Assembly (NCBI GenBank): GCA_002269645.1 | Contig: NIVC01000527.1 | Coordinates: 124,001-188,000 of the forward strand | Length of the DNA stretch: 64,000 bases | DNA from: Macrostomum lignano | Lineage: Eukaryota | Direction: 5' to 3' | Shown: piece by piece, positions 1-11,424 of the stretch | Position numbering within the stretch: the first letter of the stretch is position 1 | Layout of the letters: each line of letters opens with the position of its first letter | The notes under the pieces: model-generated | Database searches by the model: none | Told to the model about the DNA's origin: nothing | Seen by the model: only the letters and a program-made list of their open reading frames with translations | Program-made: the position numbers and the translations under genes

Positions 1-944
1 GTAGATGACCCCGTAGAAGAGAAACACGAGCAGTACGGCTAGAATACCGCGCTTAGTATTGAACTCCGTGTTGGCGCTGGGCTCCTCGAATCCGGTCACG
101 TAGATCAGGGTGCCACACAGAACCACCAGACAGGTTATCGTGTGCGTCCGCCTGCGGTTGCGAGTTGACAATTTCTCTGATTGCTACTTACAGTAGGAAT
201 GCTTGCGTGTCGTGTATGGCACTGCTAATGATACTAGAGTGGATTACTAATCTAGCCAATATCATGGATGAATGCATAGAACGGATTGCTAATCTAGCCA
301 ATATCATGGATGAATGAATAGAATGGATTGCTAATCTAGCCAATATCATGGATGAAGGAATATGATGATTGCTAATCTAGCCAATATCATGGATGAAGGA
401 ATATGATGACAGCTAATCTAGCCAATATCATGGATGAAGGAATATGATGACAGCTAATCTAGCCAATATCATGGATGAAGGAATATGATGATTGCTAATC
501 TAGCCAATATCATGGATGAAGGAATAGAATGGATTGCTAATCTAGCCAATATCATAGATGAATGAATAGAATGGATTGCTAATCTAGCCAATATCATGGA
601 TGAAGGAATATGATGATTGCTAATCTAGCCAATATCATGGATGAAGGAATAGAATGGATTGCTAATCTAGCCAACATTATGGATGAATGAATACAATGAT
701 TGCTAATCTAGCATCATAGCCCTAGAAAACAACCAAGTGTTTTCATACAGCATTCACAGCTTGTTTCTTACCAGAAGAAATTATTAATTGTGAAGTCTTC
801 ATGAAACTGCTTATTCTTGTTCTTTTCGACCTCCCAGTCAGAGTAGGTGCTGTTTTGTCTCATTGGTTTGCTAGATTTAGCAGCTATGCCATTGCCATTA
901 CTGACATGTTCATCCAAACTAATTGCAGAGTTATTGCCATTCAT
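1..944 (-). CDS. PTDSS2: Phosphatidylserine synthase 2-like, first two coding exons (gene continues left of the window)
   Basis: Exons are 944-772 (MNGNNS...DWEVEKNKNKQFHEDFTINNFF-W) and 151-1 (RTHTITCLVVLCGTLIYVTGFEEPSANTEFNTKRGILAVLLVFLFYGVIY). A phase-2 GT-AG intron joins them to give FFWRTHT. This matches the remembered PTDSS2 segment FFWRAHTLTVL...NTKRGIVA. Confidence 0.88.
244..712. repeat. Intronic minisatellite, 41-42 bp unit (GCTAATCTAGCCAATATCATGGATGAAGGAATATGATGATT), about 11 copies
   Basis: Direct tandem repeats inside the PTDSS2 intron. Confidence 0.95.
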
Positions 945-3054
945 CTTGTCATAAAGTATTAAGTATTGAATTTAAATTTTAATAGCAATAGCAATAATCC
1001 CTGATAAAAGTTTTTTAACTTAACACAATTACATCTAGCATAAATATGTAAATCTATGCTATTAATATAGAAAATCCTAAGAAATTATAACTAGATATCT
1101 TAGCAATACAAATTAAATGTCACTATATAACCATATATAGAATGTTATAGCCTTGTGGTATTTAATATTCAACAGCAAATATTATAGGTCTATATATAAC
1201 TTTTGGTCTTATTGGCATTACAATAAGTGCTAGAACAATAAATTTATTATAAACTCATAAATTATTAATACAAAGTTATCAATCTATAAATACAAAATTC
1301 TTAATATTAGTCAATTAATTTTAATAAAAATTTTATACCTAATAATCTTTTTTATTAGACTTGTGTCTAATACTAGTATAGCTATTCAGTCCAAGAACTA
1401 GGTTGCTATACACCTTCAGTTTCTAGCTAATGTTGGTACCCATTTTATAATAACTAGGTAAACTAAAGCAATACAAGTTAAACGCTAATATAGTATAGCA
1501 TATTCAATATATCAAATTTCTTCTATTGCAGAAGGGTTTATTTTAAATTTGTTAATAGACCTAAAATGTAAGAATATAGATGAAATAAAATTTTTCAATA
1601 GTCAAAACAAGCTAAGCAAGTTTGTCAATAGGCAGTGACTATTTGTCCAGTATTGGATGAATAACGTAACTATTATTTGTCCAGTACCAGATAAATAACA
1701 GTAAAGTTATTTGTCCGGCACAGTATAGATGTAGATATACAATAAAAACTTGTAAAATATAGGGAATACTAAAAAAGTAGCAGTTTACTTTTAGGCTAGA
1801 AAGCAGAAAAAATTTGTTATGATTAAATAGTGCTGTTTCTCAGAAATTCTAGAAGTTTTGGCAAAAAATACTTGGGCATAGGCCTAGTCTATATGTCATT
1901 GCCCAATCTAGCAGTTTTGTATAAGTTTTACCTTTATTATATTTCATTTTATACATATTGGTATGTTTTAATTTCATAGTAAATAGTAGTCATAGTATAG
2001 GCCCTAGTCAAAATTAATAACAAGATTTGCTGCTATATAACACAAATGCCAAAGTAAGGACTTATAGTTATTACAATAACAATTGGAATTGTTACAATAA
2101 AAAGTGGAGTCATCACTACAGATTTGAACTCAGTACTGACTAATCATCAGGAAGACACTCTAACATTACGCTAGTTGCTAGTATACCTTGCTAGAAAAGA
2201 TGTGCAGAGTGGCATATAAATTCACGCAGCTCAGCTGTACTGGACAAATAATCACTGCCTTGTCAATAAAACAAAGTCATCTAAAGACTAAAGTTGTTCT
2301 TTTAGCATAGTAAAAATGTTTATAACTTAATAAGTAAAATATTTTCAAAGACTTCAACAAGACTTTATGGGTATAAATGCATAGAAATTAAAATAGGATC
2401 AAGAAATTAGAATAGAATATAGGTCTTACTAATAATACTGTACTTAGTTAATAGTAATAGGCCTACTATACCAGGGCCAAGAAAAATCTTGATTCCAAAT
2501 GCAACTACAAGCAAGATGTTTAACCCGATTTTTTATTGCAACTGAATTGTCATGCATCTAATTTTTTTGAGTTATAATAATTATTAATAATAAAAATTAC
2601 TCTTAATCTCTCACTAAAATGAAATTCTAAGAAAGTGTGATATTCAGATTTGCATCTGACGGAATGAAATATTATTCAAATGGGTAATATGCATTGCATG
2701 ACAAAAAGTTAATGAACTGCACTTTCTAGCAGTCTGGTAATCTCAATCAAATAAATAAAAAATTTTGTGCCCCTTGACGGCCTCGAGTAATGACTGGCAC
2801 TGACACTAAACTGACTTCCAAGAATATCAACAGTTAAATCATAGCCACTTAGTGATGCACACTTAGAAAAACAAATCGTTTTGTGCGCAGAAACTTTTCT
2901 AGATTTAAAACTCGAATTTTTAAAGTTACGATTTTTTTGTTTCTATTTCAATTTAAAATTAAAATAAACATGTTTCCCTGTTTACTGATTACTTGTTGCC
3001 AGTGAAAATGCAACTCGAAAGCGAAAAAATCGATGCCAAGTAAATAGACCAAGA

Positions 3055-3235
3055 ATATTTCCATTGTTCATTTGCTTGCACTGTATACATAGCATTTTAT
3101 TTATGTATGCTAGGTATATAAGACATGTATGCTAATATATATGCTATATATATGCTAAAAAGTGCTACTATATATCTAGCATACATGAATAAAAGTGCAA
3201 TATATACAGTGCAAGCAAATGAACAATGGAAATAT
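3055..3235. repeat. Perfect 33-bp inverted repeat around an AT-rich spacer (MITE-like or foldback)
   Basis: 3055-3087 ATATTTCCATTGTTCATTTGCTTGCACTGTATA is the reverse complement of 3203-3235. Confidence 0.8.
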
Positions 3236-4693
3236 GCATGTGCATGTCATGTATCAGCTACAATTGCAGCATATTGTTTTAGATCATAAGGAATTTGTTT
3301 CAGGTCAATAAAACCCAAAAAATAAACGTGGTAAAAAGTAAAGATAGACGGTGCTCTATATCGAAGGATAAAACTAGATAGCTTAGAACCGAGTACGAGT
3401 ACGACATATCACGTGCATTTCTGAAGCGAACTGCCGATCGGTCACTTGGTGAACAGAAAATAGCAGCCTATAGTGCAATCTACGCGTACCTTTTAATTGT
3501 CATATTTTTAATTGCTTCGTTTTTTGAGGAACGAGCAACATGTACGTGTGAACAGTAATATCTCAAAGAAGGAGATAGCTAGCCTAAAAATAAAGGGTGT
3601 TTAAATCAGCTAAAGCTGGTTGTAAGTTATACGTTCAATACAATTTAATTTTTCTAATTAACATCATGGCTAGGACTCGCTACTAGGAGACATGCATGCA
3701 TATATGCATAGCTCGAATACGCTCGTAATATAGTACGACATCTTTTAGAATCGTAAAAAGAGGGACGAACAAAATATAGCGAAATGAAGTTTCCGATTTC
3801 AAATATTATTTTGTTTACATCTAGTGAATTTCTGCTTTGCAGTGTAACTGCAGTGCCTGTACAAACTGTGCATGTACACAAAATTAAATCGAAAATCAAG
3901 ATTTCAGGTAAAACAATCGAAGACTCTATACTTTATACACTTTATACATGGCTTAGCATGGCATATTATTTAACATTACACTCGCGCTAGAGCAGAGCAT
4001 GCTATGCTGTGCAGAAGATCTAAATGCCTAACTATATGTATGTACTGCCCATGCAGTGAAGTCCATGGGGAGGCCGCGGCAATTCCATGGCACCACCTCT
4101 CGGCTTGTTTACTGCATTCACACCAGAGATTTCACCGTTCAGATGCAGTTTGAGAAATTAATTTTAGCCATTGCAGCACAAGAATTATCCCATTTGTAGG
4201 AACCTAAAGCTTAGAGCAGTCTGCAAATACCACAAAAAATTAGCGAGAGCTTCAAAAACAGCAAATCCGCAACAATGCAGATGGCAGCGGCGGATACCAA
4301 AGAGAAATTCATCAGCACCGCAGGTGTCCAATCTGGACAGCGAGAGAGTTTACGCCTGCTCTCGCCATACGGCTGCATAATGAAAAGGCTGCATAATTTT
4401 ATCGCTTTGGCCTAGCGACAGGCAACTGCTGGCTGAGTCGGAGCTGCAGATGCTGCGCAAGTCAGCTGCAGAAATATCAGACGTTCACGACTTTACTAAG
4501 CTGCTATGGTTGAACCTGAATGTGAAGACTTATTATGAGTATGTGAACCGTCACAAATCCCAAGTGAAGCAATGCTATCAGCTATTCAACGGTGTAATGG
4601 TGGGCCAAGTGAAGAAGATTCTCAGGTAAAGTGGCTCGCTTGATGAAGAGTAGATAAATAAAGGTAAATATCAACATGAAGTATTATTTGAGT

Positions 4694-4738
4694 TGCCGAT
4701 GCATTTCGTCCATTTGCATTAGGACATCGTCAGGGTCT
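4694..4738 (-). ncRNA. Second, inverted copy of the hammerhead-like motif
   Basis: Exact reverse complement of the 5941-5985 motif within the inverted pLTR. Confidence 0.55.
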
Positions 4739-4762
4739 TTTTATTGAGAAACAATTTGAACG

Positions 4763-5757
4763 GATTGATTCGTTGCTTTCTTCACCGGGCTTTTTCCACT
4801 TGCAGCTCTTGGAGACTTTTCCACAACGAAGTTGAAATCCTCACCAATCTGCTCAGCTACAATGGCTATCCTAAGAACTTTGTGATGAAAATTGTCAACT
4901 CTTTTCTCAATGACAAACTGACTGAACCTAATCGGATGAAAGTTCGTGATTCCACCTCTGAATGTCCCTTGATCACTTTGCCTTACTTTGGTGTTTGTTC
5001 TATAGAGTTTAAAAAGAAGTTAGAAAAGCTGCTCCGTAAAGACTTAAACACTCAAATCCGTGTTGTGTTTCGCACCGAAAAGATTGCTAAGTTTGTCTGC
5101 AAGTTGAAATCCAGTGTTCCACGTCCTCTCGCGGCTGGTGTCGTGTATAAATTTGTTTGCTCTGAGGACCAGAGCATCTCCTACATAGCCCTATTGCAGC
5201 CAATGGCCATTTTCGTGGACGGCGTCCGGCGCGGATTTTGGCCTGGCGGCGGCGCGGCGCGCGGCGGCGGCGCGGCGCATGGCGGTGGCGCGCGGTGGCG
5301 TGGCGTGTGGCGGCGGCGCGCGGCGGCGTGGCACGAGGGCATGGGAGAGGGGTGTGGGGGCACACGTGAGGAGGGGCACAGAGGGTTATATTGAAGCAAA
5401 TCACTGATCCTGGGGACTGGCCCTGGCGCGGTACGAGTAGATGTCTAGCGCGGGAAAGGGGGGCGTCTGGCGCGGTTCAGACCTTGGCTGCAATAGGGCT
5501 ACATAGGAAAAACTAAACGACACTTATACACGAGGGTCAGAGAGCACTGGCTAAAAAACTCTGCTATTAACGAACACCTGCTAACCTGCAATTCTTGTTG
5601 TGAGGCTGAACCACACGAAATGATTAAGGCTATTGATTTTTGTAATAGAGATCACATGCTCTGCCTATTAGAAGCCCTGTACATTAAGACCAAACAGCCC
5701 ACGTTAAATAACCAACTTGCGATGGGTGGGGCTAGCCGTCAACTCAGAATTTTTTAG
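4763..5757 (+). pseudogene. PLE ORF C-terminal fragment: RT thumb/linker plus GIY-YIG endonuclease, interrupted by a MITE
   Basis: GLIRCFLHRAFSTCS...NGYP...LPY...GVVYKFVCSEDQSISYI is followed by the insert. It resumes as GKTKRHLYTRVREH...LLEALYIKTKQPTLNNQ...RIF*, with the stop at 5755-5757. Confidence 0.9.
5188..5499. mobile_element. 312-bp GC-rich MITE with 16-bp TIRs
   Basis: The element starts GCCCTATTGCAGCCAA and ends TTGGCTGCAATAGGGC. Both flanks are TACATA (5182-5187, 5500-5505). Confidence 0.9.
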
Positions 5758-5940
5758 CTGATTTGTCAATGACCGGACTGGCTTGAAACTGATATGCACT
5801 TTACCCAACCAATACTGTATCAAAAATTGATTACTATGTACAAGTTTTAAACCATCAATTAAAAACTCAATTCAACTACTCTTGTTACTCTCAACTATCT
5901 ATATATACTGAATATTCGTTCAAATTGTTTCTCAATAAAA

Positions 5941-5985
5941 AGACCCTGACGATGTCCTAATGCAAATGGACGAAATGCATCGGCA
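5941..5985 (+). ncRNA. Minimal type-I hammerhead ribozyme-like motif in the PLE pLTR
   Basis: CTGACGA at 5946-5952, an extra T, stem II GTCC/GGAC, GAAA at 5972-5975, then palindromic TGCA and an ATC cleavage triplet. Stem I is only 2-3 bp. Confidence 0.6.
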
Positions 5986-6639
5986 ACTCAAATAATACTT
6001 CATGAAGAAGATTCTGCTAACAAAAGGCTGCCTAACACCGGAGCTTCAGCCGGAGCTGGATCCCACGGATGAACAGATCGATCGACACGATGACAGCAAG
6101 TTCGAGTTTGTTGAGACAGTAACCTACGCGCAGCGCTGGTACCCCAGCAACCAACTGGGCCAACCAGATGAAGAGGCCTGGCAGAGAGGCCTGCAGCTGC
6201 ACTACAGCCGCAACGAGCATCATCCGCAGTACTGGCAGGGCCGACCCATGACCTGGCGCTACCTGTTGGAATCTGTGTACGACATGTCCGCCATGGAGCT
6301 GGAGCGGCGATTCTTTGGCACAGTGCCGAAAGATTGTGCTATTCAACTGCTGCAATTCCAGCCCGTGCATTTGGACAGATATTGCTGCACTGGACAGCGA
6401 GGCTTGATCTGCCGGCTGCTGGCAGTGGCTATTGAACAGGTGCAAAGTTTGCAAGAACAGTTGGATTGAAATAATTATTCTTTAATGGGTTTCTGGGAAA
6501 GCGCGTCTCTGAAGCTCTAGCGATGGATTGGCAAACTTATTTGTGGTTTGAAGCAGGGGCGGCGCCATGGATTTTATGGTGGGGGGACAAAGCCAAGAAT
6601 TCTACATGTACAAAACTATAAATTTTTAGAATCAGTGCT

Positions 6640-6990
6640 CATTTTGGCGCCGCATGCACTCATATAGGCGCCGCAGGCACTCATTTTAGCGCCGCAGGCA
6701 CTCATTTTAGCGCCCCATGCACTCATTTTAGCGCCACAGCACTCATTTTAGCGCCGCAGGCACTCATTTTAGCGCCGCAGGCACTCATTTTAGCGACGCA
6801 TGCACTCACTTTAGCGCCGCATGCACTCATTTTAGCGCCGCATGCACTCATTTTAGCGCCGCATGCACTCATTTTAGCGCCGCAGGCACTCATTTTAGCG
6901 CCGCAGGCACTCATTTTAGCGACGCATGCACTCACTTTAGCGCCGCATGCACTCATTTAGCGCCGCATGCACTTTTTTGGCGCCGCAGGC
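6640..6990. repeat. 21-bp minisatellite (GCACTCATTTTAGCGCCGCAT), downstream of a CAGGGGCGGCGCC MITE-like end at 6554
   Basis: Tandem units are visible. They produce the spurious ORF 6723-6956. Confidence 0.92.
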
Positions 6991-8073
6991 GCTATTAAGT
7001 ACAGGATAAGAATGTGTACTATGTAAAAATTCGAAGCTTCAAAATATTATTTTTTTAAAGTTAACGAGAATTTTGTTAAACCTTTGAACGGGTAAACTTA
7101 GAATAATTGATTGGAAATTTTTACTACAGCAAATTGGTTTTCTGTTGGGATCGGTGGAGCCAGAGCCAGAGTACAAATTTTCAGTTCAGAGAAAGTTGAG
7201 TTAAACCGAGGACTTGTCCTCGTTTTGGATAGGCTGCGCGTCTGATTTTAATTCTGAATTTATAGTCTATGGCCAAGTTTGTCTGTCTTGGTGTCCTCCT
7301 GGCATCATTTTTAACGAGTTCTTTACTTTGACATGTCTAAACTATCGTATATCTAAATTACATTATCCAGTTCATGAAAATACGATCTTATTTATTTGCT
7401 TTACTAATTTTACTAATCTCTATATTGCGCTGGAAAAATGTAACCCCAGTCATATAACATTTTGTGTACACAGCATTAACACGTGACTTTATGGACATCT
7501 GCACACTATTCAGTCACTACTTGCAGTAATATATATTACTAAACTAATCGCTATTCTCATTCAGCAAGTGAAAAATCTTCAGAAGCGATAAGAAGCAAAA
7601 ATAGAAAATTAGACTGATAATAAAAGAAACCAGATCTGTCGGGCTCATAAAATTTTTTTTCATACAACTTTGAAAACAATTTTTTTAAATCAGTAGACTT
7701 TATTTTAATGAAAAGAAAGTCTGGGATTCATTCTTAGAAATTCTGGTCAGCAAACTATAACAAATAAATTAGAACTAAAATAAAGTGAGTGAACATTTCT
7801 AAACAAATCTCTTTATTGTCCACAAAGCATATATTGAATGTAGCGAGAATAAGCCTGTCTATGAATTATTAAAATTACGGTTTTATTACGGTAACAATTT
7901 TATTAACTACGCGGAATTTGTCCTGTCAAAACAAGCGGAGATTGGCTACAATTGCTAGAATGGAAAAAAATCGTTATTGCGGAAGCGAAGGAATAACCGG
8001 AATCTGCGCTAACGCAAACTTTTAGTCTCTTATATAACGGTTAATGGGAACACCAGCACACCATTCGGTTAAA

Positions 8074-10019
8074 TCAGCACTTCTTCATCAGGCTGGCCGC
8101 TTCCTTTTTGGCCTGAAAATTTCCATGCAAAGCGAGGGCTGCAAGCTATGTAACACTGCAAAATGGCCTTGCTGTCGCGGCATCACAGTGATCTAGGCCC
8201 CCAGCATCTGTGAGGCTGGCACAGCAACTGAGGATCTGGGAGGCAGTGGCCCAGCAACTGAGGATCTGGGAGGCTGGCCCAGCAACTGACACTCTGGGAG
8301 GCTGGCACAGCAACTGAGGATCTGGGAGGCAGTGGCCCAGCAACTGAGGATCTGGGAGGCAGTGGCCCAGCAACTGAGGATCTGGGAGGCTGGCCCAGCA
8401 ACTGAGGATCTGGGAGGCAGTGGCCCAGCAACTGAGGATCTGGGAGGCTGGCCCAGCAACTGACACTCTGGGAGGCTGGCACAGCAACTGATGATCTGGG
8501 AGGCTGGCCCAGCAACTGAGAATTTGGGAAGCTGGCCCAGCAACTGAGGATCTGGGAGGCTGACCCAGCAACTGACACTCTAGGAGGCTGGCCTAGCAAC
8601 TGAGGAACTGGGAGGCTGGCCCAGCAACTGAGGATCTGGGAGGCTGGCCCAGCAACTGACACTCTGGGAGGCTGGCCCAGCAACTGAGAATTTGGAAAGC
8701 TGGCCCAGCAACTGAGGAACTGGCAAGGTGACGGTAGAAGCTGATGACCTAGAGGCTCTCAGGTTAATGCATAAATATGGACAGCTGAAAGTCAACCAAC
8801 CTGAAAAATATAATACAACAGCTCACCTCTCGATCATCGTGTCCGTCAGCCTCGTGGTTGATGGTCTTCTGAAAAAACTCCTTCGCCTCCGGCAGCTTTT
8901 TAAGCTGATAATAGGCCTTGCCGATGTAGTTCAGGTTAGAGGCATAGAAATTCGGACTGGCTGCAATGTGAAAAAGGCTTTCAGTCCGTACGCAAAAATT
9001 ACGTCGAGAATTAAGAAGGCTGCGAACACAGATCCCGAAGCTTAATTTCTGAGGCTAAATTCGGGATTAAAGTAATTTGAGTCCGAATGACGAAATTCGA
9101 CCTGATCCTGACAGCTAGATCTCAGGTACTGACAGCAGACTAGACAGCTAGATCCCTGATCCTGACAGCTAGATCCCTGATCCTGACAGTCAGATCCTTG
9201 ATCCTGACAGCTAGATCCCTGATCCTGACAGCTAGAGCCCTGATCCTGACAGCTAGATCCCTGATCCTGACAGCTAGATCCCTGATCCTGACAGTCAGAT
9301 CCTTGATCCTGACAGCTAGAACACATCTTGGCAGCTAGATCCCTGATCCTGACAGCTAGAAACCAGACAACTAGAATCCAGAATATCGGATCTCAACAAA
9401 TTCGAGTCCAGATTCCGACTATTTATAATAGCCAAATGCCAACACAGTACATCAGGATCCAATTACATAAAAGGCCTCGCTAACCTTTCTCAGCGCGCAG
9501 CAGATACTCGAGCGCCTCCTCGTAGGTTGAAGTGGGCGGCTTAGCAAAGAATGCGGCAGCCATGTTCCGCTGCAGCCAGGACAGATTGGCCACCTCGTAG
9601 CACCAGACTCCGAGGCAGTGCAGCACAACTGCATCGTCCGGCTTCTTATCCAAGGCCTTAGTGAAATGCTCTTTAACAAGGAAAGAGTTCTCAATGCGCT
9701 TCTTAGTGCCCTCAAATCGGCCAGTCAGGTCAAGCAGGATGCCCATCCATTTGTGGCAGGACCAGTTGTCCGGCTCGGCTGCCAGGCCCTTTTTAGCCGA
9801 TTCGAAGGCCTCGTAGATGAGCGCCTTGCGCTGCTCCTCGCTGTCTGGGCAGCGGTTGGCCAGGCCGCGGCATTCGCGCGCCAGGCGCCAATAGATTTCG
9901 GCGCTCTCCCGGCCGGCGGCTAGCTCAGCTTTGAGCTGGTCACGCGCCTCCTTCTCCTTGCCAGCCGAGTGCAACTCGTCTACAGCGGTTAGGATATCTG
10001 AGCTGGTGCTCTCTGCCAT
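8074..10019 (-). CDS. RMDN1: Regulator of microtubule dynamics (RMDN/FAM82, TPR-like) protein, 3 coding exons
   Basis: Exons are 10019-9485 (WRLARECR...CHKW...[16 protein letters not shown]...[15 protein letters not shown]...[10 protein letters not shown]), 8960-8827 ([16 protein letters not shown]...) and 8112-8074 ([12 protein letters not shown]). GT-AG junctions keep the frame. Confidence 0.9.
8205..8725 (-). repeat. 28-bp minisatellite family (CCTCCCAGATCCTCAGTTGCTGGGCCAG), array 1, in RMDN1 intron 2
   Basis: Reverse complement of the unit seen at 18.3, 19.4 and 44.6 kb. Confidence 0.95.
9100..9360. repeat. 21-bp minisatellite (CAGCTAGATCCCTGATCCTGA) in RMDN1 intron 1
   Basis: Tandem repeats. 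Confidence 0.92.
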
Positions 10020-11424
10020 TGTTGCTGTGCAGGGGAAAGGCGCTGTGCATGCATTGAAGGGCCAAGGTAAAGGTAATCTAATTTTGCATCAAAGAGTGTT
10101 ACTTGATCTTGAACTTTTTACCTAATGACAGCTAAAATATCCTAGTTTTCTATTTAATTAGTATCCAAAAATTTCACCTAAATTACCAAAGGTCACTTTG
10201 ATTCTAATATTTTAAAAAGCCAGCTCAACAAAATAATTATACAGAATTAGCCAAAAAAATCCTTTTTTCCTAATAGTAAGCAAGGTTACTTACTTAGGCT
10301 AATCAGTGCAAAGACAACATAGTCATATAGTACTTTAGAACTTGGACCATAATAGGCATGCATTATAGACTTTTATACAAGGGGAGCTCTAAGTACATGG
10401 TGTTAAAGACTTAAGCAGTAGAGATTTTCAATACTATGTGCATATTGTAGTTATGAAAAAAGGGGTCAAATGTAAGACAAGTGTTTTTTATTTGCATTGC
10501 AAAAGGCTTTAGGGGCCTAGGGAAGTTCTTAAGTCCCTAAGGTTAGGGTTTTAAATTGCAGATTTTCAAAATATGCACATGGTATTGTTGGGATAGTAGA
10601 GGCTAAAGATAAGATAAATGCAATCCCTAGCATTTTTTTGCATAGAAAATGAGATCTATTAATGACTAATAGGCAAAACTACATGATATTACTTTAATGC
10701 CAAAGTTATAAGAAATTCATTAGTTATATAGATAGGCTAAAAGAAAAAATTAGACATGGCTAGGCCTATAGATATAGATATAGAAAAAATTGGTTATAGT
10801 GGAACCCAAGTTATTATAATAGGCTCTATCTATACTATGATGGTTTCTAATAGCATTCCTACAAAAATTTGCTAGACAATAGGTATATCAACAAAACAAT
10901 ATATCAACAAACATCATTTTTAAATAATCAATTACATGGCCTAATAAACTAAGATAGGCCTAGGCCTATATTAGTTAAGCACAAAAAACTGAAACTATAT
11001 ATAATAAAAATAAATAACAATGAGAAAATAGGGATAAGGATAGAAATAGAATGGAATAGACAAACTTATATTTTATATTGATTAGGCCTATATATATCAA
11101 ATTTGTTGATTTTTAGCCTACTTTTTAGCATGTTTTACCATTTCCATTTGGCTAGTTTTTAGTTTAGCTATTATTATTATTTAAGACTTTATTATAAAAT
11201 AGTTTCATAAAATGATAGAAGACCCAGTGTTTTAAAAAAACAAAGATTGTTAAGCAGCTCCTTATTCCACTTCCAATCCCTATACCCATTTCTTAGCAGA
11301 CAAACAGTTTTAGAAAAAGGTCTTTTTTGACTACTCAATAGACAAATTATTAGCAAATAAATGAACTGGAAACTGGCTAACCTATAGATCCTTATACTCG
11401 TAGGCCTACTATGTATTAGGCTTA

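Larger units (their letters stand above)
4623..6002 (+). mobile_element. 5'-truncated Penelope-like retroelement with inverted 5' pLTR
   Basis: A 13-bp TSD TGAAGAAGATTCT lies at 4610-4622 and 6003-6015. An 88-bp inverted repeat lies at 4675-4762 and 5917-6004. The element encodes the post-RT linker and a GIY-YIG endonuclease. Confidence 0.92.
4275..6469 (+). pseudogene. DUF5662-like (HD-type motif) protein gene disrupted by a PLE insertion and a 16-bp frameshift
   Basis: Removing 4623-6015 joins ...YYEYVNRHKSQVKQCY...GQVKKI to LLTKG...RHDDSKF...HYSRNEHHPQYW...MTWRYLLESVYDM in frame. The HDxSK, HYxxNxHHPxYW and MxxxxLxExxxD pattern is what I recall for DUF5662. Removing 4382-4397 links the ATG at 4275/4281. 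Confidence 0.65.

Noticed and set aside
5188-5394. Gly/Arg-rich C-terminus of ORF 4744-5394 and its antisense ORFs
   Set aside because: This is read-through into the inserted MITE. The true GIY-YIG frame resumes after the insert.
1-10019. Neighbouring same-strand PTDSS2 and RMDN genes as a functional or operon-like ER-mitochondria lipid cluster
   Set aside because: They are about 7 kb apart with an opposite-strand pseudogene between them, and adjacency alone is not evidence.
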